Source: Zootoca vivipara | Taxonomy: Eukaryota | Length of the DNA stretch: 64,000 bases | Reading direction: 5' to 3' | NCBI RefSeq assembly: GCF_963506605.1 | Contig: NC_083283.1 | Location: forward strand, 83,576,001-83,640,000 | Shown here: one piece after another, positions 42,970-54,004 of the stretch | How the letters are laid out: the number at the start of each line of letters is the position of its first letter | Position numbering within the stretch: position 1 is the first letter of the stretch | Program-made: the position numbers and the translations under genes | Notes under the pieces: model-generated | The model's input: only the letters and a program-made list of their open reading frames with translations | What the model was told of the DNA's origin: nothing | Database searches by the model: none

Positions 42970-45411
42970 TTAAAGCACTTTTCTTACCTGGATATTATCT
43001 TTACATTCCTCTACTTGACTGGGGAGATCTTGAGAATTATTTGAATTCCTCGGATTCAGCTGAGTGTTAGGAGGCTCCACAGAGAAAACAGGAAATAGGG
43101 GCCTGAGAAACCGGAACTCGCTGTTCAGAGACCCACCAGCTAAGCACACCTCATAGTTGTAAGCCTGGGATAGAGATCCAGCACCAGGATCCGCAGAGAT
43201 CTCCTGGGAATCTGGTCCCACAGGGAAATTGGCTGCAGAGTTGTAGGTTGTTATGAACTTTTCACGTTTCTGCAACTTGATTACAATAAACGCCACTACA
43301 GAAATGAGAAAAATACTTGAGATGGCAGCCAAGCAGATGATCAAATACATAGTCAGGTTGGGGTCTTCCTCCTCCACAGTTTCCTCCTTTGGGAGAGCCA
43401 CACTTTTCAGATAAGGGTCAGAGAAGCCGTCCACTAGAAGGATTCTGAGCGTGGCAGAGGTGGACTGGGGAGGATGTCCATTGTCTCGAACGACCACAAC
43501 CAGATTCTGCTTGAAGCTGTCTCGGTTACTGACTGGCCTCAGGGTGGTCACTTCTCCATTCTGGGCCCCCACCGTGAACAGACCCGGTTCTGTGGCCTTC
43601 AGCAGCTGATAGGAAAGCCAAGAGTTCTGAGCAGAATCCCTGTCCACAGCCACCACCTTGGTGACCAGGTAGCCAGTCTCTGCCCCTCGGGGAACCAGGT
43701 CATTCGAGGGGGAAGTGCCATTCTGGAGAGGGTAGAGGATGAAGGGGGCATTGTCATTTTCATCCACAACCTGAACACGGATCATAACCTCTGAGCTCAG
43801 TGGAGGGGAGCCTGAATCCACAGCCCTCACCGTCACATGGAAATCTCTTACCTCCTCATAATCCAGAGACCGAATGGCATACAGGTTCCCCGTTTCAGAG
43901 TTGATGGAGATGTAAGAGGATGTGGGGCCATCATTGACCTTCCCAGGCAAAAGCGAGTAGGTCACTTTGGCATTCTGCGCTGTGTCCAGATCAACAGCAT
44001 GGATGAAACCGATCAGAAGACCAGGAATATTGTTTTCTCTTAACTGCATTTCATGGAATGGCTTTTCAAACACTGGAGGGTTGTCATTGACATCTGAGAT
44101 TTGAACATGAAGTATTCTTGTGGAAGTGAGTCTGGGGGAGCCTCTGTCCGTGGCTGTGATAGTAATGTTATATTCACTGACTTTTTCTCTGTCCAGTGGC
44201 TGTTGGGTCACCAGCTGGTAATAGTTGTTCTCTGTGGGTTTGAGTACAAATGGCAGGTTTACTTCAGTGGTGCAGGCAGTTCTGCCACTTTCTCCAGAGT
44301 CCACGTCTGTGACACTAAAGAGGGCCACCACTGTGTCTGGGGGAGAATCCTCAGGTAAGAGACTTTTGATGGATGTGATGGTAATCTCTGGAGCATTGTC
44401 GTTCTCATCCTCAATCTCTACAAAGACTTTACAGTAAGCAGAAAGTCCCCCTCCATCTGTGGCTCTTATTTTCATCTCATAATTTGTGCTTTCTTCATAA
44501 TCAATTGTTGCTGCAGTTGTAAGTTCCCCGGTGTGTTTATTTAACTTGAAGATTCTCAACACATTTTCTGACACTTGGCTGAAATAGTAAGTGATGCGAG
44601 CATTAGCACCAATATCCCTGTCAGTGGCTTCCACTTTTACAACCGGTGTATCCAATGGGCTGTTTTCCATTAGTCTCACTTTGTACACAGATTGTTCAAA
44701 TTGAGGAAGATTATCATTGTTATCCAGAACATCAATAATAATTTGTGCTGTCCCAGTTCTTTTTGGGATCCCTCCATCAACAGCAGACAGAATAAGGGAA
44801 ATCTGTGGATTCACCTCACGGTCCAGCGGTTTCTCTAACACCAGTTCTGCGTATTTGCTGCCATCGCTGTGACTTTGCACATCCAGCCTAAAATGTTCAT
44901 TAGGACTAAGGGTGTAGTTCTGAACAGCATTTTCTCCTTTGTCTGTATCTTCTGCTCTTTCCAAAGGAAATCTGATATCCACAGGAGTCTGCTCAGGTAT
45001 TTCAAGATGGAATTGATTTTTAGAGAATTTTGGGGAATTATCATTCACATCCTCTATCTGAATTTCAATTCTGTGTAGCTGTAATGGATCTTCCAGCACA
45101 ATTTCAGAGAGTAGAACACAAGGTTCATTCTGACCACACAGGGACTCTCGATCTATTCTATCCTTTATTATCACATCCCCAGAATGAGGATCCAGCTGAA
45201 AATACTGCTTGGAGCTCTTAGAAACTAGGTGGGCTCTCCGAGCAGACAGCTCCTTTGCATCCACGCTCAAATCTTTTAGCACATTTGCCACCAGAAATCC
45301 GTTTTTCTTTTCCTCTGGCACTGAATAGCGGAAAGACTCACACATTGCTACAGACATGCAAAGATATAATAAAGGAGACAAAACTTGCCTGCTGCTGTGG
45401 TGTATTTCCAT
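42970..45411 (-). CDS. PCDHB: G8: protocadherin-beta-like variable exon, subfamily A (probable exon end at donor 42988), most upstream Pcdh gene in the window
   Basis: 813-aa ORF with the same architecture. Confidence 0.95.
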   Translation of the reverse strand: MEIHHSSRQVLSPLLYLCMSVAMCESFRYSVPEEKKNGFLVANVLKDLSVDAKELSARRAHLVSKSSKQYFQLDPHSGDVIIKDRIDRESLCGQNEPCVLLSEIVLEDPLQLHRIEIQIEDVNDNSPKFSKNQFHLEIPEQTPVDIRFPLERAEDTDKGENAVQNYTLSPNEHFRLDVQSHSDGSKYAELVLEKPLDREVNPQISLILSAVDGGIPKRTGTAQIIIDVLDNNDNLPQFEQSVYKVRLMENSPLDTPVVKVEATDRDIGANARITYYFSQVSENVLRIFKLNKHTGELTTAATIDYEESTNYEMKIRATDGGGLSAYCKVFVEIEDENDNAPEITITSIKSLLPEDSPPDTVVALFSVTDVDSGESGRTACTTEVNLPFVLKPTENNYYQLVTQQPLDREKVSEYNITITATDRGSPRLTSTRILHVQISDVNDNPPVFEKPFHEMQLRENNIPGLLIGFIHAVDLDTAQNAKVTYSLLPGKVNDGPTSSYISINSETGNLYAIRSLDYEEVRDFHVTVRAVDSGSPPLSSEVMIRVQVVDENDNAPFILYPLQNGTSPSNDLVPRGAETGYLVTKVVAVDRDSAQNSWLSYQLLKATEPGLFTVGAQNGEVTTLRPVSNRDSFKQNLVVVVRDNGHPPQSTSATLRILLVDGFSDPYLKSVALPKEETVEEEDPNLTMYLIICLAAISSIFLISVVAFIVIKLQKREKFITTYNSAANFPVGPDSQEISADPGAGSLSQAYNYEVCLAGGSLNSEFRFLRPLFPVFSVEPPNTQLNPRNSNNSQDLPSQVEECKDNIQVRKVL

Positions 45412-45655
45412 TCTCCCAGCCTCACTTCCAGTCAGCTATTTGATATAAGGTGGTTCTTTTGACGTTGTCTGTTATGTGTCTGTTATATGTCCCGAGTACA
45501 ATTATTCATTTCTTTTGCTATATTTTTAATGGACTGTGTGTCCTTCTGAAAGATTTGCCTGAAATGAAGATCCGTTTCCTTTGTATGCTTCCTTTGCATA
45601 ATGGCTCTGGGAGAGCAGTTGCTCACTACAGTACTATATAATCTATGTTGTGTAA

Positions 45656-45671
45656 GAGCACCACCTTGTGT
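45656..45671 (-). promoter_or_regulatory. CSE/CTCF site of the G8 promoter
   Basis: Minus strand ACACAAGGTGGTGCTC, about 245 bp upstream of the ATG. Confidence 0.78.
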
Positions 45672-46309
45672 TTGAACTGCAATGTAGCTCCCAAAACATT
45701 ACCAGGTACCAACTCACATAGAAAGATCTCATGTAACAGCTTCTATTTTATGATTGTATTCTTAACCATTAATTGATATATTAAAAGGCTGTCACCTTGC
45801 ATTCCCCATCAAGATATTTGTTGAGACATTGTGATGGCCCCAAACATTCACAAATTATCGAGAGGACTGTTGCTGGCATAAACTGTTCACAGCCACTGTG
45901 GCCTCCATGAAGGAACAAGTAAAATGATACAACTTTTTGTATCATACAACATTTCAGCTTCCAGCTCTTCTTCTTCTCCTCTTCCTCCTCCTCCTCGTCA
46001 CACACAGATTCACTTGTTCTGAAGAGCCATCTGACAGACCCTGACTATGACTTGAGTGCCATTTTATCTCCAGCCAGTCATTTCAAATTTGAATGGAATT
46101 CTCCCCTCTCGTTATGATGAAATGTCATTGTATGTGCAAAGTGAACAGATTCTCAAGTCTGTTTGTTAGCTTTATAAGTTAGAGAAGGTTAAATTGGTGA
46201 ATGTTGTTGTGCTTGCTTATTAAGATTTGTTCCAAATTAGTACATTGATTTTGAATCTTCATATAGAACACAATACATGGTACATTGAGTGAAAAATATT
46301 ATGTGAAGG

Positions 46310-47178
46310 TATGATGGACTATTTGGGAGCTCCATGTCCTTTATTGCTCACACTTGAGGCAGCACAGGAATGGAAGGTAGTTAAACAAGAGTTTCAGATT
46401 CTATTGTCGGCTACGCAGTAAGATGAAAAACCAGATATATAGGAAATTGCTGTTTTTCTTAATGTGCTGGGCATTGTATAATTCCTTTGAGCTGTCTGCT
46501 GAAGAAACGGTTATAAGGCACCAAAGGAAAAGTACTGTCTTCCTAAAAGTAACATGACAAATGGAAATATGAATTTAGATCAAAATATTAGCAAGATGGA
46601 GAAGCATTTGGAATGTTTCAGATTTCAGAGCAAAAAGGTTGACTTGCAGTTTTGGAAGCGATTCCTTAACAATGTGGCATACAGGGAGATGGTCTGATCT
46701 AAATCATGATATAGAAGCTTCTGTAAAAGATTGTGAGTTATGCTTCAAATATCAGAATAAAGTAAAACAACCTATGATTATTATTATGGAATTTTTTAGC
46801 ACCATGATCAAAAGTGAGAATGGATTTGTTTGAATAGGAGGGTCATCAATATTTACTTGTTCTTGACCATTATTCACATTATCCAGAGATCTGAACTAAA
46901 TAATCTCAGTGCAAAACTTGTCATAGGCAAATTGAAAGTTGTTTTTACAAGACATGGAGTTCCACCGATGGTTATGTCAGATCATGAGCCACAATTTTGT
47001 TGTCAGGAGTTCAAAGATTTTGCTTCTCAAGATGAATTAAGGCATGCAAAGTCTAGTCTAGGATATCCTTAGTTGAACACGCTGGTAGAGAATGGTGTCA
47101 AAATTACTAATCAAATATTATTTAACAAACATCTACTGCTGTTTGCTTAGGCTTTATTAAATTTCAGGGCAGTGCCTT
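46310..47178 (+). mobile_element. Degenerate, internally deleted Gypsy internal region (gag and integrase remnants)
   Basis: DIEASVKDCELC zinc-binding remnant and LKVVFTRHGVPPMVMSDHEPQF..EFKDFA integrase core. Confidence 0.75.
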
Positions 47179-48017
47179 TAGAATCATAGAATCATAGAGT
47201 TGGAAGAGACCACAAGGGCCATCCAGTCCAACCCCCTGCCAAGCTGGAAACACCATCAAAGCATTCCTGACAGATGGCTGTCAAGCCTCTGCTTAAAGAC
47301 CTCCAAAGAAGGAGACTCCACCACACTCCTTGGCAGCAAATTCCACTGCCGAACAGCTCTTACTGTCAGGAAGTTCTTCCTAATGTTTAGGTGGAATTTT
47401 CTTTCTTGTAGTTTGAATCCATTGCTCCGTGTCCGCTTCTCTGGAGCAGCAGAAAACAACCTTTCTCCCTCCTCTATATGACATCCTTTTATATATTTGA
47501 ACATGGTTATCATATCACCCCTTAACCTTCTCTTCTCCAGGCTAAACATACCCAGCTCCCTAAGCCGTTCCTCATAAGGCATCGTTTCCAGGCCTTTGAC
47601 CATTTTGGTTGCCCTCTTCTGGACACGTTCCAGCTTATCAGTATCCTTCTTGAACTGTGGTGCCCAGAACTGGACACAGTACTCCAGGTGAGGTCTGACC
47701 AGAGCAGAATACAGTGGTACTATTACTTCCCTTGATCTAGATGCTATACTCCTATTGATGCAGCCCAGAATTGCATTGGCTTTTTTAGCTGCTGCATCAC
47801 ACTGCTGACTCATGTCAAGTTTGTGGTCAACCAAAACTCCTAGATCCTTTTCACATGTACTGCTCTCAAGCCAGGCGTCTCCCATCCTGTATTTGTGCCT
47901 TTCATTTTTTTTGCCCAAGTGTAGTACTTTACATTTCTCCTTGTTAAAATTCATCTTGTTTGCTTTGGCCCAGTTGTCTAATCTGTTAAGGTCATTCTGA
48001 AGTGTGATCCTGTCCTG
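47179..48017 (-). mobile_element. Young CR1 LINE 3' fragment
   Basis: Uninterrupted 232-aa ORF2 C-terminus ([41 protein letters not shown]) and an (ATTCTATG)n tail. Confidence 0.95.
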
Positions 48018-48611
48018 GATATTCTCCTGCAGGGTTGCTGGTCAATTTCATACTTCAGGCAGCTTCATATTAAGTTGCCACCGGCTGTCAGTATGGCGCC
48101 TTATCATCAAATAAATAAGGAGAGCAAGTTGGGCAAGTAAGAAGAACCTTTCATAAAGCTGCTAGTTCACAGGTGTTTCTTTCAGGGGAGGGACTTCCAT
48201 ATACTGTAGGGTCTTAGGTGTTTGCCCCTCTTTTGTTGCCCACCAGTGCAAAGCCAGTTGTAGAAGCCAGGTGCTCCATTGATTTCCAAACACATTGTGA
48301 TTTTGTCCCTCTGTTGTCTCTTGAACCTTGATTACTAATTCAGATGCCGTACAGATGTGCTTTTAATGCAATACGTTTGATCTCTTGACTGTAAAGGAAT
48401 GAGTGAGGGAGCAGACAAAACATAATTAATTTGTAGCGTCTGAACACAACACATCTCCTATGCAATCAGAAAAAGGGTAGTATGTTGCTAACAGTGTTTC
48501 TGCTCACACTGACATGAAAATGTATCATAATCCTTGGGGGAAAATAACCCCTGTATCTGGACTTCACATCTTTGTACATAGCTCTGTTGTCTAACAGATG
48601 TTATTTGACTA

Positions 48612-48847
48612 CAGTGGTACCTCGGGTTACAGACGCTTCAGGTTACAGACGCTTCAGGTTACAGACTCCACTAACCCAGAAATAGTACCTCGGGTAAGAA
48701 CTTTGCTTCAGGGTGAGAACAGAATTTGCACGACGGCGGCACAGCGGCAGCGGCAGCGGGAGGCCCCATTAACCTCAGGTTAAGAACAGTTTCAGGTTAA
48801 GAACGGACCTCCGGAACAAATTAAGTTCTTAACCTGAAGTACCACTG
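48612..48847. mobile_element. Tc1/mariner (Tigger-like) MITE
   Basis: TIRs CAGTGGTACCTCGGGTTA and TAACCTGAAGTACCACTG, a TA duplication, and a 16-bp internal tandem repeat. Confidence 0.85.
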
Positions 48848-49165
48848 TATATGTTGTCTCCTTTTTTGGCTTAGCCAGAACACCAGGCCATTTTGTGGAA
48901 GTCCAAGTAAGTGTGTTCATCATCAGCTGGTCATAAAACTGTCTCTTTTGCAGATGTTAGATCCTTTTATTCATGTGTATTATCTGGAAAGTCACGTATG
49001 CACCCACAAACAGAAGTGTTGACATGTCATCAAAGGAAACATGACACCCAGGATCTTGTTCCATGTTCCAGGCACACCACTTGCAAGGGGGATGGGAATA
49101 GCAATGGAGTATAGCCTCCATTTTTAGTTATTTCTTGGGTGCTCATGATAACCCTAGAGTCTGAA

Positions 49166-49308
49166 TTCAGGCAGGTAGCTGTGTTGGTCTGACACAGTAG
49201 AAATATATTTTAAAAAATTAAAAAATGTCCAGTAGCACCTTAGAGACCAACTAAGTTTGTTCTTGGTATTTTGGTATGAGCTTTTGTGTGCATGCACACT
49301 TCTTCAGA
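49166..49308. mobile_element. Penelope-like terminal fragment with TSD
   Basis: ccagtagcaccttagagaccaactaagtttg...cacttcttcagata, flanked by the 11-bp direct repeat TAGAGTCTGAA. Confidence 0.7.
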
Positions 49309-51689
49309 TAGAGTCTGAAGTTTGGGTTGGATATCAAAGGTCCTTGTAACAACTTGATATGCATTCTTTGGGGCTAAGCACTTAGATTCCTAGCCAATGA
49401 GATTTAGTGATATTCAGAGGCATAGAAAGATTTCCAATAAGTTTGGGTAGGTGCTATGTCAGTCATTTCCCAAAGCACAGCAGAATTTAGTTCCTAACTT
49501 CTGATCAGCTGCCGAAAAATTTAAGCTTCTATCATTTCACTCGCAAGTACTGTATGCTGATATAACTGTGATGTGGTTTCTGATATTCTGGTAAGGAAAG
49601 AAGAAGAAAATAAGTTCATTTGATTTCTGAGTGTCCGGTGAAAACATTGCAAAATGTGGGCATTCTTTCACAACTTTTCAGCTATCTATCAAATTCCAAG
49701 AGCTGTAGGCATTCAGACTGACACAGGCTTCTAGGATCTTCTCCTTTTGCTTTTCATTTACGTTGTGTCATCTGCTTCCTATCAGGTGATTCTCCCTTCC
49801 TATGGCTTTGGATATCCCCACTCTGGATATAATACATTAAGGCAACAATATAATGCCAGTGTTTTCCATTGTAATTTCATTTATTGGTTTATTTGTTTCT
49901 CCTCCCATTCTTATCTTCCATGTTTATCCACCTCTGTGCCAGGGTCAAAACTGCAAATGGTTCTTGATAAAGTCTTCTTTCTTTGAGATGTTTGCAAAAC
50001 AAAACAAAACAAAACATGTTTCTCCACATGGCTATCCAAACACAAACTGCAGATTTGTCCAACAGAGTCTGCAATCAACAGTTTCACTAAATATGCCAAT
50101 AAATGTTTTCTTCTTTTATTTCTCTTCCAGTAAATGCTTACATTTTTATTATATCCATGACTTACATGCCTTGAAATAGCCATTTGCGTGTTTCATTGTG
50201 AAGAAAGCAGGAGTCCAGGCAGGCATCCTCCCAGATTTTTGGGACCTAAAATAGAAATCAGAGCGAAAATGAACTACACAAAGGCAAAGAAAGGAAGCCC
50301 CTACCTTTCCTTGCAGGAACGTTCTTCTTCTGGTCCCTTTCCTTTTGGAGGGGGAATGTCAAATTCCTTTATAGTGAAAGGGCTGGAAATCAGACAGCAT
50401 CTGAACAGCAAGCTCAGTCGCCATTTCCCATTTCTGTTCTGTTTTCCTGCAGATTCTTTGCACATCCTCAGCAGCGATGAGCAACAGCGACACACAATGG
50501 TCAAAACTGGAAATGCGTTTATTTCATGCAAAGCAGCAAGCTCATCTCTCATCTCTCATAGCAGGTGATATGAGTTTTCCCCATTTAATAAGTGTGCAAA
50601 GATTGGAGACAAGCACAGAAAAAACCCCAAAGCAACTAACTGTAGGGCAATAACAACAGTTTTGGAGCACCTGAAAGACTAACCAATTTATAATGCCATA
50701 TGTTTTTGTGGACTTAGTAGCAACATGCCTGAAAGGTTATCCTGGGGAAAACAGTTGCAGGGGGGGAATATGGTCAGGAGGAAATGAAATGAAGAAAAGG
50801 ACAAGCTGTGGTAATTATACACTTGTAATTCACAAAACAATTCTTGATGACACAGACATTCTGGCATTGACAAGCCAATTAACCCATATACCAGTTCTAA
50901 AAATCTCATGTCTCACCTCAAACTACAAGTGATAGCATTTAAATTCTTGATGTACTACAGTTTGATAGTTTTAAATTCCTATGTCCCTTTGAAATTCTTT
51001 TGCTGGCAATGGCCATGCACATTCACTAAAATGAAGTAGTTAGTAGGTTCTATAGAACCTTTGTTGGGGTTCTTCAAACTTTGTCTCACTCCTTCTTTTG
51101 ATTTTCAGATTCTCATCTTTTTTGCTGCAGATGTTAAACAAAATAGCAAGAATGTGAGGCGGTAAGAGAAATCTGGGCATGATGGGAAAGTTGCACTGTC
51201 AGTAGTCTGCAAGAGTTTTCATGTGGAGATGATCTGTAGATTTAGGCTGCATAATAATATTTGAGTGCGGCGATTACTTCTGAGTGGGAATCCATAGAAC
51301 TGCCCAGTGAATTTAATTAAATTGTGCTAGGTACAAATCAGACTTCAGGTTGCACTAAGGTCTACTGCAGGAGCAGGGAAACAATTGTTATCTCCCCACC
51401 CCCTGGTGTCTACCTATCAATCACTTGACATCACTATGGCATAAGGAGATGTTGTGCTTTGAAGCCCCAGATGCTGGAATTTGTACCACTGTTTGAAAGC
51501 CTTTTGCTGTTGGAAACAGGGGGCTCAAGCAAGAGTAGTGGAGGGCTACCTGGAATCCCCTTCTAAAACTACTTGTTTTTGTTCCCTCCCAAACACTTGA
51601 TCAGGCGAAAAGAAACAAGTTGCCTTTTGAAAGTCAACTTGATGATATATCATCTGTCTGTCTGTCTATTATCTATCTATCATCTATCA

Positions 51690-51930
51690 TTTCCTCTGCC
51701 ACTCTGAGTAGCTTCCAAGTTAAACACAACATGACATAAGACATTAAAAACTTCCCTAAACAGGGCTACCTTCAGCTGTCTTCTAAAAGTCAGGTATGTA
51801 GTTGTTTATTTCTTTGACATCTGATTGGAGGGTGTTCCACAGGGCGGACGCCACTACTGAGAAGGCCCTCTGCCAGGTTCCCTGTAACCTCAGTTCTCTC
51901 AGTGAGGGAACTTCCAGAAGGATCTCAGAG
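51690..51930 (-). mobile_element. L2 LINE 3' fragment
   Basis: Translation QRAFSVVASALWNTL matches the L2 C-terminal RAFSVxAPxLWNxL motif. Confidence 0.7.
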
Positions 51931-52132
51931 CTAGAATGATAGAATTGTAGAGCAGGGTGGTATCCCAAAGGTCATCTAGTCCAACCCCCTGCATTGCAGG
52001 GGTTTCAATCAAAAAACCTCCAAGGAAGGAGAGTCCACAACCTCCTGAGGGAGTCCCTCCCACTGTCAAACAGCTGTTATTGTCAGAAAGTTCTTCCTGA
52101 TGTTTAGTTGGAATCTCCTTTCTTGTAACTTG
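51931..52132 (-). mobile_element. CR1 3' end fragment
   Basis: Similar to the 3' ends of the CR1 copies at 47179 and 27259. Confidence 0.75.
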
Positions 52133-54004
52133 AGCATGCAGCCAATCCTTCCCAAAGGGAAGGGTTTTTCTCATCTCACTCTCACCTCTCGGTGATCACG
52201 CCAGCCTTGTAACAGATGAAGAGTTTGGAAGAGCCCAATACATGGGCATCTTGTATGTTCCATTTTAGGAATCCTAGGTCAAAGCTAAAGATGGTGACCA
52301 AAGTAAAGATCAAGAAGTAAATGCTGAGGAACAACAAATGGATCACAACTATGCTAAGAGGTTGCCTGCAAGTTGTGTGGGGGTGATGCTCAAGGCTCAT
52401 GCCTCTGGGAAGGGGTTTCTTACTTATGGGTTTGGACTGGGGACTGGGGACTCAGTGATATGGTATCATCAGACTAATGGCATATCATAGCTAAATGCTG
52501 CTAGGAATATACTGTAGAAGCAAGGCAAGACACATAAAGCATGCTTGGACAATAATTTTAAATAGAGCATTGATTAACACATTTTTTTAATAAGGAGTCA
52601 TTCCATATCAAGTGTACACTTGTTGAAAGATCAAAACTAAGTTTAAATATAATTTTTAAATTCTTTATCTCATCATGTTTTTGAGTTATGAGGGTTTGAA
52701 TTTTTTTAATAAAAAATGACAATTTGGATCCAAGTGTTTACTTGGTTCCTTGGTGGGCTGGTCTCCTCCATGGGCTCAGCATCCTGCATGACATCCAAGG
52801 TTCCCACAGGTTGAGTGGACTCCAGTGAACTCTGATCACAATGAGCATACATGTCTGCCACTTTCTTTGATCTTCTTTTCATCAATTCACTACCCTACCT
52901 CATAACAATTTAACCACACTAGGAGGTGTGTTAACTACAGCTTGTTTGGCCTCTTATCCCACCTCCATCACCGTATAAAGAACAGACGGTGCTCAGGAAC
53001 TGAGCACTAGCTATCTTTTGATATAAAGGTGCCAAATGACTAGGGTAAAATTATCCCTGCAAGGTGGAAGCTGCCACCATTGCTGCTTGTCTAGTGCTGC
53101 ACACTAGACAACCTGAAATTCCAGAAGGCAAGAGCTGAACAACCTGGTTCTTCCTCTTAAGCCCCAAGCCCCGATTACTCTGGAGCAGTTAAGCAAGTGA
53201 ACAGGTACACCAAGATTATAGTGGCAGAAATGCTAATAATTATTAAAACCAGCAGCATGAAAGTTGAACTTGTTACCAGTGAAATAAGACCGTTAGGCAA
53301 ATAATCAAAGCATGAGAATACTATAAGGTAAAACAATGAACTTAATTTACCTAACTTTAATATTTAGCCATTAGAGCTGACTGCAGTGAAATCCAGCAAA
53401 CAGCATCCAAACACATATCAGAGTGCTCCAGAGTGGCTGGGGCAACACAAATAATAATTTATTATTACTAGTTCTATTATAATTATCAGTGTAACAATCC
53501 AGAATGAGACACAAAAGTGGCAAAACAAATTTTAAGGAATCCAGCCTGGATACAGTGGCAGATATTCCTTGACGAATAAGAGGCATGAATAGCTGTAAAT
53601 TTGTGGACATACTACTTCACCACAAAGAAACCTGACTTAAGCTATGGGATGAAAATACAAAAGTTTTATCCAGCTTCTTAATTCCCCATCTGTATTAAAG
53701 TATTCCAATATTTTTTTAAAATTATGTCCACTCAAACCTGTCAAATGCTTTTTTAATATCTAAAAATAATAATACATGAGATTGGTTACTTATAATGATG
53801 TTTAACTGTTTTATGTATTACATTTACCTGTCTTCCAACATTTGTAGACATTTTTTTTTCCTGTAATAGAGCCCAGGTATACTATTATACATCCCAATTA
53901 CACAAAGAATTCATCTATATTTTGTTCCAGGGGGTTTCTGATTTAGACATTTTTAAATAATATTTTAAAATTGTTCTAAAATTTCATTTGCTATACTTGT
54001 TAAT

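Noticed and set aside
4839-45411. Assignment of the genes as Pcdh-gamma or Pcdh-alpha because of the splice donors
   Set aside because: EC6 and cytoplasmic motifs (LYPLQN, GFSDPY, Y.Y.VCL.GGS...EFRFLRP) are beta-type. A formal phylogeny is still needed.
48960-49822. Cys-containing minus-strand frame that might be a decayed exon
   Set aside because: Many stop codons and no recognisable homology, so it cannot be told apart from chance.
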